NCBI GenBank assembly: GCA_973895155.1
Contig: OZ316892.1
Location: forward strand, 19,913,869 to 19,977,868
Direction: 5' to 3'
Length of the DNA: 64,000 nt
From: Marsupella aquatica
Lineage: Eukaryota; Plantae; Marchantiophyta
Shown here in pieces: positions 1 through 13,560 of this stretch. The position numbers were made by a program, and so were the translations under genes. Each line of letters begins with the position of its first letter. Position 1 is the stretch's first letter. The notes below the pieces were generated by a model. It did not search any database. It saw only the letters and a list, made by a program, of their open reading frames with translations, and was not told the DNA's origin.

Positions 1-1101
1 ACTTCTTGAACCATGTGCTACGATCTTTCAGATCCTCCGCAAAAACCTTTGTCCCCTCCAGTCCGGTGGCTGATTTAGAATTACCTTGAATATTGTCAAC
101 TGGGTCATCAATGACATAAGCTTACTCTGTTTGACCTCCAAGATTCATGTCATTTGCATGGCGGACATATTGCCGATCCCATTGTGGTGCGTCCCATGGC
201 TCCCTAAACCCAAGGAACCCCCCAGCTCAAGCCGATTCCCGCAGGTTTCGCGCTTGGCGAGGCCGTTTCCGCGGCTTAGCGGCATGGGACGCTGCTAACC
301 TTCTTCTACTACTACTATTAACATTTTACACACATATACTGGACAGATCCTTCATCGGGTCATGAGATACGTAGCCGGCCTAATCTAGGCCTTCCCTTGT
401 CTTCCCCTCCGTCTTGTTAGGTATGTTTGGATTCCACCGCCGGAATGATCCCCTATAGGCTTGGTTAAGCCGCTAAGACCTCTCTCAGCTCGACACATCC
501 AACTCTCACTCCCCTGCTTACTTTCCTTCCTCTATTAGTTGATGTGGGCACTCTTCACACAAGTTAATGCGACACACAAATAGCAAAATGACTCCTTCTG
601 ACTGAGTCATACCATGCACTTGCCATACAAACAGTACATCTCATACACAAGCTCTACGAACTAAGCCGTGAGGCCAACTCTATTCAGCTCTTAGGCATGA
701 GGAAACATGAATATACACAAGGGTCACTGTATGACTAACCGAGAGCTTCTCTTACTACTTGATCCCAGCCCAGCTGGTGCAAACTAAAAACTTGCTAAAG
801 AAGAGGCCCTGAGCTCCCCGCTGCCCAGGTACTTATCCTGGTAGTGGATCCGCCTAATTCTTTGCAGTGTAAGCCTAATCTACCTAACAGTAATCTACCT
901 GCCTGGATCTACCTATGTACAGCAAGGCAGGAGCACAAGTGTTGCTCCTACCAGTGGAACCGCAATCCCACTAAGCTAAGTGTCAGGGCCGCTCCTGGTC
1001 CTGATCCTAATCTTAAACTTGGAGATCAGCGCCCGCCCTGCCCACTCACGCCTCTTACCTCCACGTCCGCCCTTCCTAAAAGGAACGATGCCCTTGCACC
1101 G

Positions 1102-4100
1102 TCACGACACCGGTGGTGGATCCTCAATGGACGCCCCCAACGCTTCCTCCTCAGCCACTGCCATAGGTCCGTCCTCTGACAGATTACCTACCTCTGACCG
1201 AGTCAACTTTTCATCGGCCTGACTGGGCCCACCCTCGGCTTCGGCATCGGCTCGGGAATCATTCTCGGCTACGGCCTCAGCCTCGGCTATGGTCTCCCCG
1301 GCCTGCTCAAGAGGCGGATCTGGGATACCGGCCTCATTACTAAGTAGTTCGGCTTGGGCCGCGCCATCCCCACCTTTGGTGATAGCGGGATCTATTGCCG
1401 TGTTCATGCCGGAGGTTGGTGCCGGGTTGAGTACGGCTTGAGGGGTCGAATAACCTCCGGACCCCGAAGGTTTCCGCTTCTTCTTCTTCACTATCTCCAC
1501 AGTCGGTTCCTTCCCTTTGCCGCCAACGTCCGGCACCGGGCTGTGTGTCACGGCTGGTCCTTCGGCAATTACCACCCCTGGTAACTGGTTTGCCCCAACG
1601 GGAGATGGACCTGATGCAGCTAAGCATTTAAATACTGCGGCTTGTTTCTTCAGCCGCTCAGTTTGGTTGTCGGCCCATCGCTATAGGTTCTCCATCTTCC
1701 TCGTGTTTTCCTCCAACTCCTCCTGGGTCTCATCCAGGTCCTTACGTGCCTCCTCCAGCTCATTTTTGGCTTCCTCCAATTCCCTGTGGGCTTCCTCCAA
1801 TTCCTTCTTGGTGGTAGCCCTCTCCTCCTGGGTTGCTCTTAGCTCCTTGTCGAGCTCCGCTATGACCTCAGACTCCATGTTATTCATCTTGGCATAAGTC
1901 TGGTCGAGCTGGGCGTCCTTCTCCCGCAGGTCGGCCTTGAAGCTGGCCGTCAGGGACGCAAGCTCCTGCTGTAGCGCAATAATCCCTTGATAGGATTTCC
2001 CTAACTCGGCCTCCTTCTGCTCAAGGGCTCCGCAGATTTTCTCGAGCTCCCCCTTCAACGCCCATTCCTTTCTTTGGGTCTCCACCATGGCCCGGTTGTT
2101 GGCTGTTATGTGGGCCTCCTCTGCATTCCTCAGCTCCTTCTTCCATTTCTCCCTGTCCTTGATTGCGTCGGCCAATTCTCCCTGGGTCTGAGTCAGTTTA
2201 TCCTTGATAATCTGATTATCAGCCTGCGCGGTGTCCAACTGCCCCTGCATGATGTTCAGCTCATGCCGCTTAATCCGCAGTTCATCTTGGGCTTTCTTGG
2301 CCGCCCTTAGATCTTCAATTTCGGCTTCCATCCTCCTAAGCCGCCGGATGACCTCGTCCTTCTTGGTTCTCTCTAATGCCACCGCTTCTTCTAATTGGTG
2401 CTTCTCCAACTGCTCCCTATGGAAAAAGGGTCCTACCTCCAACTCCTCCCCAAAGATGTCGAGCGCAAGTTCCCCACACATCTCACCATACTCCATGGCT
2501 CTATTCTTAGCGTAGGTGGAGTAAGTAGAAGTGATCGGCATCGCCCATCGCGGCCTCTGCTCCCAAGCCATCTTGCGGATCTCTTCAATCGTGGCTAGAG
2601 GTTTGCTTCCTTTTTCGGCTAGCCGCCTGATGTCCTCCGACCAATCTCCTCCTGGCAAATCCTTTTCCCTAGCCAGGGCTGCCTCCTCTTCTTGCCTGAT
2701 TTGCTCCTGAAATTCCTGCGCCGTCTATTTTATGCCGTCAAAGCTCGGGGGAGCAACATCTGGTGGGGGAGACTCAGGGCTACTCTGCTGGTTGGGGTCC
2801 CCTCGTACTACCCTTGGAAGTGTGGGGATAAACCGGCCACAGGTCCTTACTCCTGGAATGTGATGGTCCGACCCATAGCCGGAGTTATCATGGCTGCAGT
2901 CCTCCACTGCCTCCTCTACTTCTTGGACTTCCGGCTTCTCCCTCTTGTCTTCGTCGGTAGGAGCTTCAGGCAATTCTGCATCAGATTCAGAGCTTGAGAC
3001 TCCCACGTATATTCGAACACCCGGCTTGGATTCTGGCCTGATTCTCTCCTTATCTCCAGTAAAGGGGTTTTCCCTTGTAAGCCGGTGTAGGCCTACCTCT
3101 GGAGCAGTGTCCTGCATTGTTGCCATTGCCGTTGTCGTTGTCGTTGCCGATGCCGATCTCTTTTCTTTCTCCAGTAGTTTCAGCAGATTCTGCATGCCTG
3201 GTTGCTGCATCGGCAAGTCCTCCGTCCCTGGTCTAAACACCTGCTCGATCGTAGGGCTAATAGGTGGTTGAGGCTTCTCTGCTACCGGCCTCGGTGCTGG
3301 AGCTTCCTCGGGTACCCTTACCTGCAGGGGAAGTACTGGGGCAAAGGTCTGACCTCTGGCATACCGGCACAACAACGGCATGTGATAGCCAAGCCGCGAC
3401 ACGCTCCCCATGCCAATTACCTACTGCTCCTCCTTTAAGATCTTCTTCAATTGGTTGAGGAGGTACCCGTTGTAGTCCCGGCTTGGGTCTGGCCTCTCTG
3501 CCAGATAGACCTATGCCTTGCCGATCTCTGCCCTCGGCAAGTTACAATGCATGGTCACCCGCAAGAAGTCGATCATCTCTCCTATGTGCGGGTTGGTGCA
3601 GGTGTTCCGGAAGAAGCCATTCTTCGTTGATGGCCCGGGGAACGACCGGAACTCTTTGTCAGGCAAGGTCTTCCTGGTATCAACCTTGGTCTTATTGCCT
3701 ATCGGCAAGCCAAACACTTCGGCAATCACCTTGGGAGTAAGATAGAAATCCTTCCCATATATCCTCGTGCAATTGGTCTCGGGTTCCCATGACCCCACAA
3801 ATTCTAATAGGTCTGAATCCGGTACCTCCGGCTTCAGCCATGGTAATCTTACAAAGGCCTCTAAGCCGGATCCGGCCATGAAGCCTTGGTACTTCTTGGT
3901 CTGCATGGCCGTAAAGCATGCATCCTCCTCCCGTGCAAAATGTAGTTGCACCTCCACCGGTAGGGTTGCCGCCTAGCCTTTCCAGGTGTCATCCCTGGTT
4001 GGAATGGCATTAATGGGATCGACCTCCTCCACTTCGGCTTCTCCCTGCCTCCTGCTCTGCTGCTCGGCTGGCTTCTTTGGTGCCGCTGACCTTGTTCTTT

Positions 4101-4758
4101 TTGCCGGGGTGGCTTCATCGTTGACGGCTCCCTTCCTCTTCATCTCTGCTGCCGTGGAGGTTTCTCCTAGCACCGTTGCCGGGGTCCACCTTTCCGTGCT
4201 ACCCTTCAATTCCCAGTGTATGTCGTTGCAGTTCTTGATGGCCTCTCGAATGCCGATGATTCTGTCTTCACAAAACAGAAGATCGTCGAGCTGATTGGAA
4301 GTAGGAGTCCACAAGAACTCGTCCTTGATGAGTTCACCTCCTAAGAAAGCCGTCTTCTGCAGCTCCCACAATCGAGTGAGCTCCTGCCGTTCTCAAGCTA
4401 CCCTTTCTGATTCCTCGTCCTCGTAAGTCTTGATGTACTCAGTTGCCCATTCGAACAGGCATCCCCAGAAATGTGCCGCTTGATTGACGTTGCTCATACC
4501 CTCCTTAGGTCGATCGTCGGTATCTACTCTCTCCCCGTGTGCTTGCCTAAGCAGCTGACAGTAGTTGGCCTCCCGTAGTCGTCTGCCTAGTTCGTGCTCG
4601 CAAATGAGCCACCATCTCCTGCAAGCGCTCCTTACCCCTTTCCTCTTCCGGTCCTTCCTCCCGTTGATCCTTCCTAGCCACCGACGCTTAGCGCGCCCTA
4701 ACCCTAATCGAGTTTTCACCCCCAGTGTCCTTACCTCCGGCCTCGGCCCGGGTTCCAT
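1102..4758 (-). pseudogene. Retrotransposon accessory ('extra') ORF, ~1200 codons, with long coiled-coil; disrupted by in-frame stops
   Basis: Six listed minus-strand ORFs (starts 4758, 4371, 3957, 3411, 2658, 1575) share one reading frame and are separated only by ~6 TAG/TGA stops. The 3511-3957 part (GLEAFVRLPW...LLEFV...TPKVIAEVFGLP) resembles plant Gypsy accessory proteins; 1681-2658 is an E/K-rich coiled-coil. Confidence 0.6.
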
Positions 4759-4868
4759 AGTCGCCCCTAATTGTTTATATTTTCCTTGTTTTGTCCCTAT
4801 ACTAAGGTGTTTCCAGGGTGCATTCCTACTTTACCCACTTAACTGGCCGAGTGATTCCTGTCTAGGCA

Positions 4869-5193
4869 TCACACCCACAAAACAACGGAGTTCACCAACT
4901 CTCCTACTAGATCAGCTCCCGCATGTGGATACAGCGGCTGTGCGAGGTGAAAGAAAGCATTGTCCACCGCCACACTTATCCGTTTTGCTCCAAGCAACAC
5001 ACATTCGTAAGCTGACAATTTCTCTGGGTAAGCCAAACTGGAAGAAGAAGCGAATAGAAAAGAAACACCAATTAAGATCAAGGTGGCAGGTGTCAGAAGG
5101 TAGAACACAAAAAACCTTTCCACCAGCAGCTGGTTGTTCATTGATAAGCAGGTGAACGACTTCTCCAGGTAGAAGCTGCGTTCTTGAAGCCAT
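4869..5193 (-). pseudogene. Remnant Tnp1/En-Spm-like domain, related to the N-terminus of the transposase at 8736-12426
   Basis: EVVHLLINEQPAAGGKVFCVLPSDTCH and LGAKRISVAVDNAFFHLAQPLYPHAGADLVGELVNSVVLW align by eye with EVELWIGNQIVARGFVFKTNPDETCH...LGTSRISVKICEVFQGRERLPFTHNGADTIQEALNTFVFW; frameshifted. Confidence 0.6.
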
Positions 5194-5344
5194 TTTGGAT
5201 CTGAGGAAAAATATTTGCAACAAAAACATCTTTTAAAACATCCTACACGAGGCTCGTGTGAAAATCTCTAACTCTAATCTAAGCAAATATCACAGAACTG
5301 AAAATTCAAATCCAGTTTAAACAAGCAATGAAGACAGTCATCTA

Positions 5345-5995
5345 AAAAGTTGAAGGTTCTTTCATTAAAGAGAAAATTCTATTGTATCTTAGACAAGGGG
5401 AACAACACGAGCCTCGTGTAGACAATCAAAAGTCCAATATTCAATAGAGATTACGACTGAATCCACACTAGTAGGCTCTTAAACCTTCTATACATAGATG
5501 CATATTTTGAAATGAGTATTCTTCTTAGAGGAACTTTCTATTGAACGTTGTATTTGGATAGACGAGGGGAACAACACGAGGCTCATGTAGACAATCCAAA
5601 GTCCAATATTCAATACAGTTTACGACTGAATCCACACTAGTAGGCTCTTAAACCTTCTATATAGAGATGGATATTTTGAAATGAGTATTCTTCTTAGAGG
5701 AACTTTCTATTGAACGTTGTATTTGGATAGACGAGGGGAACAACACGAGGCTCATGTAGACAATCAAAAGTCCAAAATTCAATAGAGATTACTACTGAAT
5801 ACACACTAGTAGGCTCTTAAAACTTCTATAGAGAGATGGATATTCTGAAATGAGTATTCTTCTTAGAGGAACTTTCTATTGAATGTTGTATTTAGATAGA
5901 CCAGGGGAACAACACAAGACTCGTGTAGCAAATCAAAAGTCCAAAATTCAATAGAGATTAATACTGAATATACATTAGTAGGCTCTTAAAACTTG
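5345..5995. repeat. 169-bp tandem repeat (~4 units), each carrying the palindrome ACACGAG-N-CTCGTGT or a variant
   Basis: Motif starts at 5405, 5574, 5743 and 5912 (period 169); a further perfect copy lies at 5245-5259. Confidence 0.9.
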
Positions 5996-6344
5996 TACAG
6001 TTAAACCACATCCCAATGGGAAAGACTCAAGCACATACATTCACATATTGACACAATCACTAAAACAAAATTGAAAATGACAGGAGAAAAATTGTACGAG
6101 AAACTGTACTGATGCAGTACTTGAAACAACAGAGCACGCTTTAACGACAGTCCCACCTCGGACTAAAGGCACGAATGAGTCAGGTCTCAAAAAATGACTT
6201 GCACGAAGTGGTCTATCACGTTATATAGTGAGTGGGGGTGCAAGAATTTCAGACTTTCAACTCTACCAGATTGTCGTGTAGTACTTTTTTGTGGCGGCGT
6301 GGTGTGTGGTGAGCAGTCGCCGATAATTAGTAAATTTGGCCTGC

Positions 6345-6582
6345 GCTTGGTTATGATAAGAAGCTTTGACTAGTGCACTTAGATGTGGGTGACTTAGCCT
6401 TAGTTTTTGATTCTCGTTATATGTTGTTTCTTGGTAAACTCCATACACATTGGATTGGGCCTTATAGAGTTACAAAAATCTGGGCCGATGGTTGGGTTTC
6501 CTTAACTACCTTAGATGGTCAACCTCTTGACACTAGAATCAACGGATTCCGAAGTAAACGTTATTATGAGTCTTTCCCTTAA
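6345..6582 (+). pseudogene. Gypsy integrase C-terminal fragment (GPY/F region)
   Basis: VGDLALVFDSRY...GKLHTHWIGPYRVTKI...DGQPLDTRINGFRSKRYY is the typical C-terminus of non-chromovirus Gypsy integrases. Confidence 0.8.
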
Positions 6583-6977
6583 ACTTCCTCCTAGGACAGG
6601 TCGCAGTTTAAGTGGAGGGCGGTAGCCATGCAGTTGAGTTAAAGTAACAAATGTTACCACACAATGCTTGGAATTTATTTTTTAGCCTCGACGCTTTCAG
6701 AAGCGTCCTCTATATAGGGTGACGCTGTCAAAAGCGTCCACTTTTGCACTACACCTAAGACACAACGCCTTCAGAAGCGTCCATCTAGGCACGACACTTT
6801 CATAAGCGTCCACCACATAACCTAGTTTTAGAATGACTCGACGCTTCTTGTACGACGGCGGATGGTGACATCTCAACGGGATTATCAGGAGTGGAGTGGG
6901 TGCGCATATAAGCATAGCTCGCGATGGAACAAGTTTACGATTAAGCTCAACGTGAAGACAAGATGACTATCAACGTG

Positions 6978-7803
6978 ATGGCAGAGACCGAGGTCATGGC
7001 GAGACCAGTGCTTGCAATTATTCCGACGATCTCGACTGATTGACGACAATTGAAGGCGATTTTGGCGACTATGGGTTTGAAGAAATTATTTTGGTTCCCC
7101 TGGAAAATTTGTGAATTCAGCCTCATCGATGGAGGTGTATGGACGCTGAAGAAGGAATCAACGTTCGTTCGCAACCAAGCGTCTGGACCAAAACATTCAT
7201 AACGGATGTCTATTCGACGTCAACAACCGGGGAAGATTTGCAGAGAGTTGACGGTGAGTCCTGAGCTTATGTTGAATCTTTTTTCGCCCCTGAATCATTC
7301 AAAAGGCGAAATGGTTGGGTAGCTGGAGATTGCAGAGATATGTCTTTGCAACATCTTTTCCGATTCTTGTCACCAATTTTCTACCCTGAAAGTCAATCTC
7401 GGATCACTCTTTCCTTTGCAGCTACAGTAATTTCTTCATTGGAGAGGAAGCAGGAAATAAACTGGACGAAAATTCTACACAGGGTAATTCATACCCAGGT
7501 GCAGAATTTCCGCAACAGATCGATTGCAAGCTGGGAAGCTGAGATGTACTAATTTAGCCCCTTATTTAGCTCACATTTATTATAGGCATAAGTGTCTTCT
7601 GCCTGCGGAAAAGGAACTCTACCGTACTCTCAGAGGGAGTTTTAATCGGGAAGTAGAAGGTTTACTAGAGGACCAAGTGGACCAACCCAATACGACAGTA
7701 GTTGCCCTGTGTGAATTACTTACTTGTGAGGAAGCAGAGTTAGTGGATGAGGTTCGAAGATTGAAAGACTCAGGAGAATCGGCTGAGGGGAAAGAAGAGC
7801 CAA
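6978..7803 (+). pseudogene. Gypsy extra ORF, 5' part (interrupted by the TIR element)
   Basis: FRFLSPIFYPESQSRITLSFAATVISSL...INWTKILH...LAPYLAHIY resembles the extra ORFs of bryophyte Gypsy elements. The frame resumes after 20135 (EEP|ILPQKPEDH...). Confidence 0.55.
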
Positions 7804-8084
7804 ATCAGTCTATTCATTAAAACTGGAAAATTCTTTGATCTTTGGACATTTAGGCACCAAAAAATATATATTTGGGCACAAGAATTGTACATTTGGGCAG
7901 TGGGAGTTGTACACTTGGGCACCAGATGTTGTACATTTGGGGGATCAAGATTATACATAGGAGAAAATGAAATATTAATTTGGATTCTAAAGAAAAACAT
8001 TTGGGTGATAATAATGTAAAATATGTTGGATAAGAAGTAGAACTTACTTACATTGATTCAATTTGACTAATAGAATATAAGTGT

Positions 8085-8257
8085 CTAGTAAAGCTTCAAT
8101 ATGATCTCTACCCATATAACTAGTAAAGCTTCAATTTGATCTCTACCCATATAACTAGTAAAGCTTCAATTTGATCTCTACCCATATAACTAGTAAAGCT
8201 TCAAATAATATGATCTCTACCCATATAACTAGTAAAGCTTCAATATGATCTCTACCC
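8085..8257. repeat. 35-bp subterminal tandem repeat (~5 units)
   Basis: CTAGTAAAGCTTCAAT(A/T)TGATCTCTACCCATATAA at 8085, 8120, 8155, 8190 and ~8229. Confidence 0.9.
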
Positions 8258-8735
8258 TTAGCTAGCTAAATTAACCTTCTACTTAGTTACTAATTGAGAG
8301 CATTTAATATATTAAATTTGAATGATACCTGGCTTACTATCCATTCAGACAAGTAATTTGTTACATTCTAAGCAACTCGAGTTGAAACTAAGGTGTACTA
8401 CTAGATAGTACTAAGAGGCACTCACATCCTATCATGGATATTAAGACTTCATGTAATATATAGTCTGTATTGATATAATAATTAATTAAAGCAAGTAATT
8501 GATAAAGGTATCCAAGTCTAATTACCTCCACCTATTCAAACTAGTATCCCAAAATATTATAATAATTAGTTACTTAAATAGATATACTACTTAGTACTAA
8601 CCAACAGTAAGTACTAAAGACATGTCTGATTCCAAAATAATTGACATAGACTCCCTCACTCTGACATGTCTAATTCCAAACTAAATGACATAGACTCCCT
8701 CACTCTGACAGAGTGACTACTAAAAAACATTTGAC

Positions 8736-11700
8736 TTACTCAACAATCCCTTCCATGTGAGTTTTGAGTGTTTTCAAAATATTCTTGGGAATGGTTAAAC
8801 CTCTATCAATTATATTTTCTTCTCTAGAGCGTGACTTGAATCCATACATAGCAGAATTAGCAAATTGCCAACGTTCAGTGGCACTGTCAAACCCAGGATC
8901 CACCTCCCAAGTCTTAGTGGTCTGAAAGCAACGTGAATATCGCATGATCCGGTGCATCATGCTTACCATGTTTAGGCCTCCACCATTGCACTTGGAACAT
9001 AGGAGCATACCGTGTACTAGTAGGAGAATTCTCATTGCATTGCAAGTCTCCTGAAGGAACTTCATGGTTTGGGTCCACAACACCCAAAGCTCTCACCAAC
9101 CAGAAACGTTCTTTCCCATTCTTCTTTTCCCATTCATCCTCTGGACGGAGAAATACAAAGTGACCCTCTTGAATGTCCTGCAGAGGAATCCAACGTGCAA
9201 GTTCTCGCTCGTGTCGAGCGCCAACAAATGTTGCAGCTTGATCCTCCATCTCTTCCAGGTACTCATTCTGAAGCTCCACCATTTGTGGATTCTGTGTACT
9301 ACTACTAGGCTCCCCCAATGGTTCAGAGGTTCCTGTACTATTAACCTTGTAAATAGTTTCGTGGTTGGTTTTTGGCCAGAATTCATATGTCAATGCTAAT
9401 TGTATTTCTGCCTCCCCTTCAATTGTAAGCTCCCCAGATAATACTTGCACCACCATCTCCCAATATTTCACCAAAGGAAACCGCTCACGATATGCTGTAG
9501 AGGTCTCATCCTTACAACTCTTCTTCAAAAACTCAATGTAACGATTAAGGAATGGGATGATTTCTTCAACCTTGCCTTGTACATCCCCGGAGATGGGTTT
9601 TGCAAATGGTTGACCTTCTGGTAAAATGAGAGCATTGGTGCTGGAATCAGTTCTCCAAATGGACCTTCCGGTTGGAGGGTACCAAGGTTGTTTCACATGT
9701 GCTTTGTATTGATATATTGGAACATTATCTCTCATAGAGAAAAGAAATGCCACTAGTTTTGAGTGACCCTCTATGTCTTTTACCTTGAAAGTTTTCAAAA
9801 ACTCTTTGTAAGCTGCAACCTCTTGGATCAACCGTAGGACAGGATGAATATATGCTTTCACACTCCCAAACCTCAGCCATCAACCCCAAGAGGGTAGAAA
9901 CCTCCTTGTACTTCACTTGGTTGGATACTTTTGAAAACAATGCATCGACATCCTCATGGGTGTGACCAACCATGAGAAACGACATCTGCACTGTTTCAAA
10001 AACCCCTCTACTAACAAGCTCACTGCAAAATGCCATCATGTACTGGTTTTTGTTATCTTTCCCTGAATTATCCATTTGCAAGGTCAGGTGCCTTGGCAAT
10101 GGTTTGAAAGAGGTAGACGTAGCCTTGGGATCAACACCAAAGTCGTCTTGGTCATCTTTAGCTCCTTGAAATCTAGCAATTGAGACTTTTTTGGGTTCTA
10201 AGTAACCTGCGAGACATTCTTCAAAGTCCAAAAGAGATTGAAAAATTGGCCTCGTTGTAGCCCAATATAATCCTTCAAGGAGGTCTCCAAATTTGTCCCC
10301 CTTGTAATCCTCCAGATCTCTAAGGCACTTGGCCAATGATGTCACTGTGAAGTCTGCATCTCCCGGCCAAAGCCCAGTGAAACTGAAGTGAGCATACACT
10401 CCGAGATCCCTTCCATGGGTCAACATCCCAGTGAGCGCAATGGGGAGCGGTTGACCACTACCAGACAATGATTTAGGAGTGGGGACCAACCTAGGGATCC
10501 ATGTCTTGGCCTGGTCCATCTTGTCATGTATAATGCAAAGATAGTTCTCAGGATCCTTCTTCGCAAGAACCCTATGAGCATAGTAAACATATCTCCTAGA
10601 CATTTGCTCACGAAGATGGCGAGCTCTTCTTTCCTCAATCTCTAAACGCTCTTTCTTTCTCTTCTCCCGCATCAACTGATCTTTGAACTCAGTGCAAAGT
10701 GTACACTTTGCAAATGCACTTCCCTTGTGAAAGTCAAAATTCATGAAGGACTCACTCCAGAGTTTATACATAGTGTTTTCACTCACCTTCACATAGCCAT
10801 CTAATTCCATTTTTGAGTATACCTCCTCAAAAATCTCTTTCTTTGTGAAACAAGATGGAAGTCTGTACTCAACCATGTCAGTCCTGTGAGACCCTCCATA
10901 GGGAAATGCAGCATGGGTTCTCCATTTTGGGTTAGAATGGACTCCAACAAAGCACGAGCATGCAAGGTGCTTCCCCGTGTCTTGTGTGAACCCTTGTTTC
11001 CGTGGAATCCAACCGTGCAACCTGTTTCATATTGATTTTTGTAATCATAATACTTGGCAGTGCTGAATCCATGCATTTTAATAAATGCACCCTTGCAAAC
11101 AAGTCTACTTCTTACAACGAAATATCCTTTTGTCTCCACTTCCTTCTCCCTACAGCCAAAAAGAGTGAGAATGTGACTGGTTTTGTTATCGCTTGACATC
11201 CCATGGTATTCCCTCCTTATTGCCTGTAGGTCTTCTCTCGGCATGTTGAGGCAACACTTCAACTTACAACAACCTTCTCTTTGGATAAAGTCAATTTCCT
11301 CCTCTGTGATTTTCAGTATCGCCCGAGACTCCAAGTGCTTCTTCCTTTTTTCATCTGGGTTGACCTTCGTTCTCTTGATGAAATTATACGGGCGCTTCGA
11401 AAACTCAGTGTCACCTTTCATATCTACCTCTAGATGATCTCGACCATCAATAATTGGTTTTGGAGAAACCTCTTCAATGAGATCCAGAAGAAAAATACCC
11501 CTTGATATCAGCAGAAGTGAACGGATGGCCCACCTAACAAGACCAGGCACTCCTGGGGAGATATTTGGGAAAAATAGAGGGTCAATCACGCGTGTGACAA
11601 CAACCCCAACGTGATCTGGTCCAAGAACATCATCATCAATTGCACCTGACTCAAAAGGAACTGTGATGATGCCAACCCCCACTTTGGTCCGATTATCCTC

Positions 11701-12426
11701 AGCATACAATTCCACCTACTCGGTCATCCAATTAGAACGCAAACTATAATCCTTGAAATTATAATTTGAAAAAACATCCCGTGTGGACAGGTCGTTTAGC
11801 ATATCCTGGGAAGAACTCCTCCGAGTAACATCCTTTAAATTCCAGAATACAAAAGTGTTCAATGCTTCTTGAATGGTATCGGCTCCATTGTGAGTAAAGG
11901 GTAACCTCTCCCTTCCTTGAAAAACTTCACATATTTTCACACTAATCCTAGAAGTGCCAAGTCTTTCATTGTGACAGGTCTCATCGGGATTCGTCTTGAA
12001 CACAAATCCACGAGCCACAATCTGATTGCCAATCCAGAGCTCAACTTCATCGCCAGATATAATCGAGTCTCCAAAACTTCCCATCGAAGATTTTTCTGGT
12101 ACAAAACCGGGAACCATATCCTTTGTAGAACAAGAGGCATCCATTTGTGTTGTCGTTGGAGTTGACTGTGACTTCAAATATGCAAAAGAGGCATCCCAAA
12201 TAATGCAGGAGTCGACAGCATCAAACAAGGTCCTGATCGGCGGCAAAGGGTAAGGAATTTCCCGTGATCCCTCATAGCACTTCTCAATGAGAACTCCTAT
12301 ACGATTACTTCCCAAATCAACATTATGCACTGAGTCACCCGGGTCAACCTTGAGGACGGTCCTGCAAGCAACTTCCACTCCGTCAATTACGAGGCAAACC
12401 TTGTCCCCTCGAAAGAAAATCCCCAT
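8736..12426 (-). pseudogene. Sola1/DUF7869-type DDD transposase with three N-terminal Tnp1/En-Spm-like domains; frameshifted
   Basis: Motifs CTLC...H, IIHDKMDQ, LQMDNSGKDNKN and FLMVGHTHEDVDALFS. ORFs 11716, 10801, 9725, 8914 and 8736 are collinear pieces (one stop, about three frameshifts). Confidence 0.8.
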
Positions 12427-13299
12427 TTTGAAAACGTGGTCCAAACTGTTGGATGTAGTTACCTCGAGATGATCTCGAGGTAAAGTGACTACAAAAACAA
12501 ACCAAAAAACCCAAGTGTAGAAGTTTATCCCACAAATTTGTGTGATAGAGAAAATAAGAAACTCTTCTACCTCGAGACGATCTCGAGGTAGAAGAGGGAC
12601 CAAAAACTCCAATATGTAAAAATTCAGAAGTATTTAGCTTGAGACGATCTCGAGGTAAAATATGAAATCTCACTGAATAGCGAATTCAGATTCTATACCT
12701 CCGACTCTCTACAAACTCAATTATGAGAAAGAAAACCGAATGCACCATTAGAAAGAAGGCAAAAGTGAATAAGTTTGAGGATCAAACTTATGACTCGAGA
12801 TGATCTCGAGCCAAAAAGGACATTGTATTTGACAAAGAAACTATTATGAATAATAAGCCACCCAATATAAGAACATATAAATGGCTCTAGATGATCTAGA
12901 GGAATGATTTGGTGCACTTAAGAAAGTAGGCTCCCAGTTTACTTCCAGACACTGAGAAATAGCTTCTAAAAGGCCATCAAATAGAGGGAAAAGGCTTCCA
13001 AATGGATTTTGACCGACACTAGTATAAGCTGAAAAGGTTTGGTTTTCTAAAAGATAGGAGCTCAATTATTTTAGACCTCCTTCAGGGCTTAAAATGAGAA
13101 TTTCTCGAAATATCCTAAACACAAACGTAGAGTCCACAACCCTTGAAAAGAACAACAGAAAGAGATCAGAGCAGAAATCTAGAGCCAAAGAGAGGGAGAG
13201 GGAGAGGGAGAGAGAGGCAAAGGGAGAAACGAGCGAGCAATTAAACGAAATGAGAAGAATGACCCGCTGGAGACCAAAGAGAAGCAATATATAAAACCC

Positions 13300-13560
13300 T
13301 GACATACAAAAAGGCCAATAAGACGGCTTTGTTGAACTTGTGTCACGGCTAAACTCACGGCAGGGCTGAAGTACGGATAACAATAATGACAACACGTGTG
13401 ACCGTAATAATGACTGTACGCACCCAGCAGGTTGCGTGGCAGCCTGCCTGAGCCTGCACGAGCCCTGGCACGCTTGGCACGGCCAAGGCCGACCCCCGAG
13501 GGGCTTATAGTGGTTTCAGGGGTTTTGAATCCCCCATTTTCACATTTGCCTCCTTGCCTC
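13300..13560. promoter_or_regulatory. Putative bidirectional promoter of the TIR element
   Basis: GC-rich core between the divergently oriented transposase (-) and cargo (+) units, with pyrimidine-rich leader-like tracts on each outgoing strand. Confidence 0.35.
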
